From Gnetum montanum (Eukaryota > Plantae > Gnetophyta): 64,000 nt of DNA. The notes below the pieces were generated by a model. That model was not told where the DNA came from. It saw only the letters and a list, made by a program, of their open reading frames with translations, and did no database searches. The translations under genes were made by a program, and so were the position numbers. The stretch spans positions 909,753 to 973,752 of the forward strand of contig MNCI01002465.1 of NCBI GenBank assembly GCA_015680685.1. The letters run 5' to 3'. This document shows positions 55,191 through 64,000 of the stretch, one piece after another. The first letter of the stretch is position 1; every line of letters begins with the position of its first letter.

Positions 55191-57420
55191 TGAAACTTGT
55201 TTTTGAATCTTATGATTGAAACATCATAAAATTTCAAGACCCTCATGCCAGTTCGGAAGGAGAATGTAGGCACTAAGATTAGACTATCCAGTCTGGCAAG
55301 TTTTTTATTTCCAGAGTTGACAGGTTCGATGGAGTCTCTGGCCTGCCCACCTATGTCGAGAGTGTTTAGGATAAGCAAAATAGTTCGGCAAGTTTTCTAG
55401 TGAAGTCTGCTACGCTATGCAGCGTAGCAAGCTTTGAAAAAAATGGTTGCTTAAGTGTCTAAGTGTAGAGTGACAAAGTGATTGCGAAGACAAAGCAGGA
55501 TTCAGTCAATGCAAGGTGCTACGTTATGTAGCGTACCAAGCGGAAAGGTCTATCTTACCAAGTGATCTGAATAAGAAAATGACACATTGACAAGATTTTG
55601 GCCTCCAAAACTTCTCGCCCCACTTGATCCATAGACCTTGAGCAAAGTTTGTTGCTAGAAATTGGCGGATTAAACAAGGAAATAGGATATACTAGCCGCT
55701 ACATTGTGCTACGCTACATAGCGTAGCAGAGCATAGTGATGATGCAGAAACAACAATTTTTTTAAATGTAAGTTCAGCAAGTTTGAGGGCTTCCCATTAC
55801 AAAAGACAAAAGTTGCAGCTTCAACATAAGTTTTAGTTAAAACTAGTGGCTACGCTATGCTACGCTACGTAGCGTAGCATACCGTAGCTAGCAGCCACTT
55901 ATGCTACGTAGCATAAGTAACGCAAACACTGGTACAGAAGCATCAAGACCTCTTCGAGTAGTTCCAGAACTTGTAGACATCAATCTTATTCATTTTAGCA
56001 TCTCCTTGGCAGAATCAGCAATTTCACTCCATTTTGTACACCCCTTGGTTAACTCCTAAAAACATTGTTCCTACGCTTGACCCTGCTCATAAGAGTAGAG
56101 AAGAGGTAGTCCTGGAGTGTAAGCTCCATTTCTATTTGCATTATTAATACATTGATATCAGCACATACAATCTCGGAGGTATAGTCACAACATAGCCAAA
56201 TTAATGTCCAGCATTGCACACCTACATGGTATAGGCACGTCAGCATCTTGTGGGGTCCAGGACACATGGCATCCAGGCCCCATTTCTCGCTTGCTCCTGG
56301 CCCTATAAATACCTCGGCAAACAACGCTCAAAGGGTTGGCTTTTCTAATTGGCATTTTTCATCAAAAGAGTTGACATTTTTGCTTTGACAAGAGTGGTTG
56401 GCTTGTTGGCTTTTTGCATCGGCTGCTTGGCTTCTTGATTGGACTCTTAACAAACAGAGTTGGCTTATTGCTGCAATTGGCTTTTAAGCTGGCCTCCAGA
56501 AAGCCTAGTTGATCTTTCTCTTAAGCATTCTCGTTACCCTTGAGTTCTCTGTGTGTCTATAGCATTGCATAACCAGTTGTACACCGTCCAAACAAGGCAA
56601 AGAATCAAATCCACGACCTTGGGGTGGTGCATTTTCTCACCTAAGTTTGCTTCACTATTTCTTTACTATTATCATTCTTTTGCATTATTTTTTTTTCATT
56701 TCACATTTATTGATCATCAATTTACCTCACACATATTGCTTTTGCAATGAACGTTTACGTAAGGTTAAGATTACATCGATTAAGTCCCTGTCTGATTGAC
56801 CAAACTGTTTAGGGCACCTCGTTTCTGTTTTCTCTAGCACGACTCTCACATGGATGTAGGGTTAAACTGTTTGCATGGCAACCTCTTGGTCTTCCAACTG
56901 TCGACGTTTTCGGTCATTATAGTTTTTGGAGCTAGAAGGAGGGCTTTTTAGTACCTTTTCCGTGTCCTACGGGTAGTCCTACACGCTCTTTGTACCCCGT
57001 CATGCACTAGCATAAATGTGACATCCTTTCGTGGTTGTTTATGCATCGTGTGGTGTAGATTGGTTGTGACGACAGTTCCTCTAGAATTTGGTAGGATGAA
57101 AAGCCTCTGATTTCCTCTTGATTTTCGTGTTTCCTAGTTTGCGATTTCCCCTTTTTCACTATGCAAGATGATTCCAACAACAACCGCTATTTCTACCTCG
57201 AGCCTTGAGGCTCCTTTCTTGGCTCAGACCACCATGGGTGCTGAGCAGCCACCTAGCCCAGTGATGTCACCATGGCAATCCCTTAGGATTTGACACTTGT
57301 CACCCGAGTTCTTGGCACAAGACGCAGAGCATTACAACTTCATCTATGCAAAGATCTAGGTGGATTTGCCCCTGGATCATGAAGAACTTGAGCACAAGCA
57401 CAATTTTAAGCTCCTTTATC

Positions 57421-57583
57421 NNNNNNNNNNNNNNNNNNNNNNNNNNNNNNNNNNNNNNNNNNNNNNNNNNNNNNNNNNNNNNNNNNNNNNNNNNNNNNNN
57501 NNNNNNNNNNNNNNNNNNNNNNNNNNNNNNNNNNNNNNNNNNNNNNNNNNNNNNNNNNNNNNNNNNNNNNNNNNNNNNNNNNN
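57421..57583. other. Assembly gap (N run)
   Basis: 163 consecutive n. Confidence 1.
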
Positions 57584-60500
57584 GGGGGGGGGGAGTTTGT
57601 TCCTAACCCTGATGTTGCCATCCCCCTTACCGAGATGTATCAGTGGATCTTCGATCAATTGCTACAAGTCACTAGGCCTAGGGAGTGGGATACACTATCC
57701 CATTGCAATGAAGCATTCCAGGACAAGCAAGAAGATCTGGACTCCCAATCTGAGGGGGGTGGCCAAACTTATCCTATGACTATCCCTTCTGTCATGGCCT
57801 TCAATTCAAACCTCCTTTTTGTGACAGCTCCCTTTGCAATCACCACAAATCTGCCTCAATCTATGCTTTCATCAGTAATGGGTAGCCATCCTACACCCTC
57901 AGCGTATCAATAGGTGCTTCCCTCAGTTTCATACTGAGGCACTCTTCCACCCCATTCCGTCCTATCCTCATACTAGGCACTGGTTATGCCCATGTTGCCC
58001 TACATACACACTGTGTCTACTTCACAGTTTTCCGAAGCCTCTGCTCCTATCTCATCATTTGCATTTGTTCCATTATCAGCAGCAGGTCTAGCCCTAACCA
58101 CGTGGTGGATCCCAACCACTTCACTCCCCACCTCGTAGCCTCACTAGACATCACAACATCCTTACCACCAAACATACCAAGTCCCACAAGTATCACAACC
58201 AAACATGGGATTGTGGCCCATTCCATCGGACATGCAAATGACCAACCCTACAACACTACCAGCTGCCATTGCTCCAGCAACACCACCCATTGGGTGGTGG
58301 ATTATACAAGTAGCACCCTTCACAAGGGCAGCCTCGATGGCCCCCCCTATGAGCCACATTGCTCTCCTTGCTACGCTATAAATGATGGTTGTGCCTGCAA
58401 CTCCACAATCATGTGTGTTGTTCCTAGGTCTGGATCAAGCGTTTCAACTTATCCAAATCCTTACTGAAGAGGTTAGGCGCCTCAAAGCTGTCAATTCTGA
58501 TGTGGTGCAGATCATGGATTTCTACCATTATGACGCCATCAGCTAGACATTTCCCATGCTCACATTACCCCTTGGGATGCCGCTCCCCAAATTTACAAAA
58601 TACAACGGGGAGGACGGCCCTAATGCACATTTGGTCGCATTCAGATCTGAATCTTTGTTGCTACAACAATGGCCACACACCATCATTTGTGTCTTTGCTA
58701 TGTCTTTGATAGACAAAGCTTTAGACTAGTACCATGCACTCCCGCACACCTCCATATCAACATTGGAGGTGTTACTAACCCAGTTTGTGACCCGCTTCAA
58801 GTATAACTTGAAGCCTGAAGTCACACTGTATCATTTAATGGGAGTTAAGCAAGACCCACTAGAGTCAGTGTAGAGGTTTATATAATGAGATCTGTGAGCC
58901 TATCATAGAGGCCCACTTGCTGGCCATCTTCAAGGGGGCAGTAAACGATTTCATCAAATCCAAGCTATATTACTTAGCCCCACACTCTCTTAGTTAAGCT
59001 TTTGCATAGATAAAAAGCATTCAAGACATGGCTGAAGCCAGTAGGGATCCGGCCTATGTTGCATATAAAAATGCACATACTAAACAGGAAAAAGAGAAGA
59101 GCAAGGCTGCAATGGCCACGATGGCCACTGTGGCAAATGAGGCCTAGCCCAAAAAAAATAACAAGAAAGTGGCCACGACACCAACTAAACCCATGCCTAG
59201 CTCAAACAACATTGTCCAACCCTCCACATTGGCACTTGAAGCACCAACCCCATCTAAACCTAACTTTGAGCGTAAAGATCATTCCAAGTACATCCCTCTA
59301 CCTGTCAAACCTTTAGAACTCCTAAAGCAATTGCTAGGGGTGGGCTACATTCAACACAAGTAGATGTCAGAGGAGGCGATCAAATGACATCAGCGGTATT
59401 GCAAACTTCCTAGGAACCCCTCCTTGGCTTTGCCCATTGAACCCCCAGTTCCTAAGAACTTTAGGCTAAAGCAGTTCTATGACTACCACCAACTCTGTGG
59501 TCATGACATGGATTACTATCTAGCCTTAAAAGATGACATTCAATAGATGATTGATAAAGGGAAGTTGGTGCAGGATGAACGCAACCCCGTCCACCCTGAA
59601 AATCAATCCATGCATGTTTACAAGGACCCCCCTCAATGCTAATGATGTGGGGTACATCATCAACAATGGTTTGTGGTTTGTATACCTCAATGTAGCATAG
59701 TGACATCAACAACAGAAAAAAAGACAGTACAACAACCGTTTGTCCTCAAGGTCCCTCCTCGAACATTCACCCCTGCACCTTCCATAATCAAGACTGCACT
59801 ACTGCCCCCACTAATGCCAAAAACACCATTTATCATCAAGGGGTCAAACCACTCAACTGCCCCCATTCCAAAAAACCAGCATAAGATGGCATCACAACCT
59901 TCTTATTCAAGGAAATGGGAAGAGCGTCCAACAGGTGAAATGGTTATAGAGTGTATTGCCCTAGGTCCTTCCAAGACTACTCCTTTGTTCTTGGCATCTA
60001 CGCCTACCTTGTCACCAAAAGTCTACACCTGAAGAATTGCATCCATCCCAATTGACATTATGTGATGACTCCATTAGGGAAGACCCTAAAAATGGTTAGG
60101 TGACAATAGCACCCCTATTCATCACAATTTGGGTTGGATAATATAAGATTTGAAGAGTACACATTGATGATGGGGCTGCTACAAACGTCATCCCATTCCC
60201 CATAGTGGACAAAATGGGTTTGGTAGATCAAATCAAACCCACAACAACATCATGTCTGAAGTCATTCAACAAGGTGCGGGTAGTGGTGAAAGGAATCATC
60301 CATGTTAACTTTGTGGTAGGGGACCAGTTTCCCACAAGCGCAACATTTATCATGGTGGAAGAGATGCCCAGGTTTAACTTGATATTGGGAAGATCATGGT
60401 TAGCCCAACTTAGGGTCATCTCTTCATCCATTCATCAGGAAATCCATCTACCTTACGCAGGCAGGGAGGTGGTGATCCATGGTGATGAAGTGATAACCCA

Positions 60501-60917
60501 GGAAATACATAACGTAGATATGGAGTAGGCCTCAAAGGTCATAACCTTTGAGAACGAGGCACCTATTTCTACCAATACTAACTGTTTCACAAAAGAGCTG
60601 GCCCAAGATGCTGGCTCAGAAAATGAAATTATGTGGGCCAAGTTGCCTTTTCAAGTGATAGACGACGATGTAGAAGAATACCACAATAAAGCCTCTCAGC
60701 CTTACATGTCGCAAAACCCACAATGGATTAGAAAGCAGTTGTGAGGATAATCATTACTTGTGTAGCATAGCAACTCCACTATTCCTTACCCAATTAACGT
60801 TCATCATACATTTATTCCTTGTTCATCTTATATTCATTTGTCTACGCTAAGTGTCTAACTCATTCTTAAAACCGTTTGCATAACATTCATTGTTTACTTC
60901 ACACTACTGCCGCCTAA

Positions 60918-61039
60918 GGCCTAAAACTAGCGATGGCCCGAAATGGCCTAAAACTAGCGATGGCCCAAAATAGCCTAAAACTACACATGGCCCAAAATGG
61001 CCTAAAACTATTGTGACAACTTGGAATCACCTAAAACTA
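60918..61039. repeat. 27-bp tandem repeat in the non-coding region of element G
   Basis: GGCCTAAAACTAGCGATGGCCCGAAAT: three near-complete copies plus partial/degenerate ones. Confidence 0.9.
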
Positions 61040-61199
61040 AAGCAAGAAGTTCCTAACAAATTCAATTCATAAATAAAAAGAGAATAAGATAGGATAAAAC
61101 TAGATACAACATGTAACACATGAGCAAAATAGATCTCTTCGTATTTCAATTTGTCTTTCATAAATCAATGATGTTTACATCATTCATTGAATTCAAATA

Positions 61200-64000
61200 A
61201 AAAGGTCAGCTGCTATGCTACGATCCTTTGCCCGTACCATCATCTCCTGCTTCAGTAGGCCTCGTGTTTTCACCTAGATCCTACACCATAAAAGAATAGA
61301 TTAGTTAGCTAAAGCTGTATTAAAGATTCCAACAAAATAAATTGTCGCTACACCAAAGGATAATTGATCCAAGACGGCCCCGTGTCTATTTTGGAGGGTA
61401 TCCGGTCTAGGCCTGTCGCCAAGCGGTGCAAAATCTTCTCTTTCGTGATGTCAACCCAATTCTGTTGCCCAAGTCAGCGCTTTCAACAACTTTCTCTTTC
61501 TCTACGAATGTCCATCTTGGAGGTTCAGGAGAAAAGGCGGTTAGGGCAGTCTCACCCATAGGAAACGTCACTTCCCTTTCAAGATACTCACTCACTATCA
61601 CCTATTGCATGAACCTATCATAAGTCCTAGAAGTGCCAATAATATCAAGGAATACCTCATGAGTATGTAACTTGACTAAGGCATCCTTGTATTGGTTATG
61701 ATAGGTGGCACGTTCTAGCTTATACATATGCTTATGGTTTTTCTGTGCCTACCCCCATTTGTAAACCTTGGCACTGTAATCTTTCCAGTCTTGGTTCTTC
61801 TAGGCTAACAGGTCCATCTACATGTGCTACTCTATTATCTTACGGGTGGCCTTGTTGTTATGCCACATAGCCGTCCAATACCTCGCTTAGTCAATGACGA
61901 CCATGCATCAACTGCCATCGTTGGTATCTCGGGCCAACAAGAATTTGTTCCTAGAACAGAGATCTCCTGCCTCACCAGTCAGGTTGGCCTTCTCCTTCTC
62001 AAGCTTCTGGACCCATTTCTAGAGGTGTTTGTTCACACTTCTGCATTCCCACAAGGAGCATGCCAAGTATAAGGCACATTGGCTTGCCTCGTCGTATACG
62101 CAACGAAGAACCTCAGTCACTTCCAGTGGAAATGCAGGCATGACATCGACCTTAACTGCCCTCTTAGGGACCCACTTGAGATGAGAAGTTGCCAACCACA
62201 CATAAAAAGAAATGCAATAGTCACAGAGGCATAGTGAATGTGACAACAATATAGAGGCTAGCGTAGAATTTTAGCTTACCCACTTCTGAGTCGACCTGCC
62301 TTACACGGTCAATCATGTCATTGACTACCTGTTCCATAAAAGTAAATTTATCAAGGGTTTTAGTCCATGGTTGCAAGCGGATCAAGGATAGGATAGGGGT
62401 GTCAACATTGGTATCAATTGCATGATAAAATGTGTTAGTTAAAATGGAGAGAACTATAATAGGGTTGATGAATAGCATAAATGACAGTGTAAAGCTCCTA
62501 CCCAGTAAACCCTCAAGGGTGATAGAGGGGTGGGGGGGAAGGTGGGGTCGCCCATTGGCACATTGTCAAATATGTGATTCAAACTCACCAGCATCCAAAT
62601 GGAGCCCCTCTTCTTCTAGCTAACCTAATAACATAGCGGCATCCTTAACGCTCATGCACCCCTCTAGCATTGAGCTACTCTCTGTGAAAGGGTTGTTAGT
62701 AGGGGCCTTTTCTTGGTTTCCAAGAGCCTCTTCGTCATTGGTTGGGCCTCTTTCTTTGTCGACGGGGGCCTCCTCCTCCTCTTCATTGGCGAAGATCCCT
62801 TCCTAATCAGCAAGGGCCTTCTCCTCTGTAGCCAGGGCCTTTTGGTTTTTACTAGTCATCCTTGTTGTAGGGGCCACCACCTCTTCTCCCTCTTCTTCTT
62901 CTTCTTCCTCCACTGATGAAGCATAGTTGTAGTTAGTACAATATACTAACTTGAAGCAGATGCTACACTGTGCTAGGCTACTTAGTGTAACAAAGCGTAG
63001 CAAACATTATCCAAACAACAAATAAAAATAAAATAAAATACAAAAGTAAAAAAAAGAGAAAATACTTACCAATGGGAGGCTGCACTTTACGAAGCTTGAA
63101 ATGCAACTTCTTCCCCCTCTCTTCATTAGTACGAGGGTTCTCCTTGGTAGGGTGAGACCTCTTGCATTATATCTTTGTCATTATTGTCTATGAAATGAGG
63201 CATTCCCCCCTTGTCACACTACTAATGGTAGTGGGAGGTGCCTCTCCCACGCTGTCCTTGGCCAGAAAGTTGCATGCCACCCTATCCTTAGTTGTCATCA
63301 AGAATGATTCCTCGATAGCTTTTGGGGGGTCCTACGATCGGGTGGTATGGAAGACTTAGTAGATCCACGATTTGGAGATCTAGCTACGATCTTGTAGTAC
63401 CTAGAAACGTTGAAGGTAAGCTATGAAAAAGGCATGGTGCACATTGAAACGGGTTTCAATCTTCTCGTGAAGCTTGATCATTTTAGCCTACATGCCTTTG
63501 CAAAGATGCTTGGCCCAATTGTAACGGGTCCCTTCTTCCATGACATCCCTCAATATTTGAGCCTGCTCAATATCAATGATTCTTCCTTGGGATAATAGCT
63601 TGGGGAAAGATAGGGTAAACCGTTTTGGCCACCCAGAGTTTAGCTTTCTTTATAAAAATCCTCTTTCAGTCCTTGGTAGCCCCTAGCCACTCCTTGATGT
63701 CCTCCTAATTGTGTGGATCCATCTTGGATTTTTCCCCAATGGGGAGACCATTAAAGGGGACACCAAAAAGGTCCACGAATAATTGATCATTCACATCAAG
63801 CACCACACATACACCATGAACACATGTGCAGAAGCGATTTTCTTTTTTGGAGAAGGAGTTAGCTAGGGAAAACATCTACATAGGTGGGACACTCGGGTGA
63901 ACCACCAAAGACAAGTCCATAAGCCTAGCCTCCTGAAGGTTATGGACCAGTGTGGTTGGGACCCCATTGTAGAGCCAGCATTGGGTTTCCTCCACCTTCC
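61200..64000 (-). pseudogene. Degenerate multi-exon antisense accessory gene within element G (5' end outside the window)
   Basis: Minus-strand coding-like blocks (…DLFGVPFNG…, …RYNWAKHL…, E-rich and K/R-rich segment, coiled-coil-like segment) separated by short blocks with GTAAGT/GTGAGT/GTAAGC donors and YAG acceptors. Confidence 0.55.

Larger units (their letters stand above)
55265..64000 (+). mobile_element. Element G: Tat/Ogre-like Ty3/gypsy element (5' LTR ~55265-56921, PBS, gag, PR, no RT, tandem repeat, antisense gene); runs off the window
   Basis: PBS TGGAGCTAGAAGGAGGG at 56927-56943, the same type as F's. gag motifs PKFTKYNGEDGPNAHL / SLIDKAL..YHALP at ~58570-58800. Protease IDDGAATNVIP...FNLILGRSWL at ~60160-60528. 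LTR start inferred from TGTAGGCAC. Confidence 0.8.

Noticed and set aside
57346-57779. ORFs containing X runs
   Set aside because: Artefacts of the N gap.

Overview
Plant nuclear DNA, most likely a gymnosperm. That assignment is an inference from a CYP750/CYP736-like P450 and a Tat retrotransposon with PR-aRH-RT-RH-INT order. About 85% of the window is a nest of old, heavily C>T/G>A-decayed LTR retrotransposons. Four are Athila-like Ty3/gypsy elements: D (182-~11800), C (~11800-17369), B (29540-50099) and A (39921-49891, inserted in B's 3' LTR, TSD ATGGC). The others are an internally deleted Sirevirus-like element E (7880-11144, TSD CCTTA) inserted in D's pol, a TatII-like element F (~17560-24500), a solo LTR (27385-28253) and a Tat/Ogre-like element G (from ~55265 to the window end). 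The only intact host gene is a three-exon, 520-aa CYP71-clan cytochrome P450 (51741-54660, +). It is preceded by a tRNA-derived SINE with a clear TSD and a tandem array carrying CACGTT boxes. Most notable: (i) B and G, from different lineages, keep gag-protease plus an accessory ORF but lack RT/RH/INT; (ii) the accessory ORFs show splice signals (leader introns in B and D, a multi-intron antisense gene in G); (iii) palindrome arrays in LTRs; (iv) an extra intron and atypical active-site residues in the P450. All alignments were done by eye; boundaries without a TSD are approximate.
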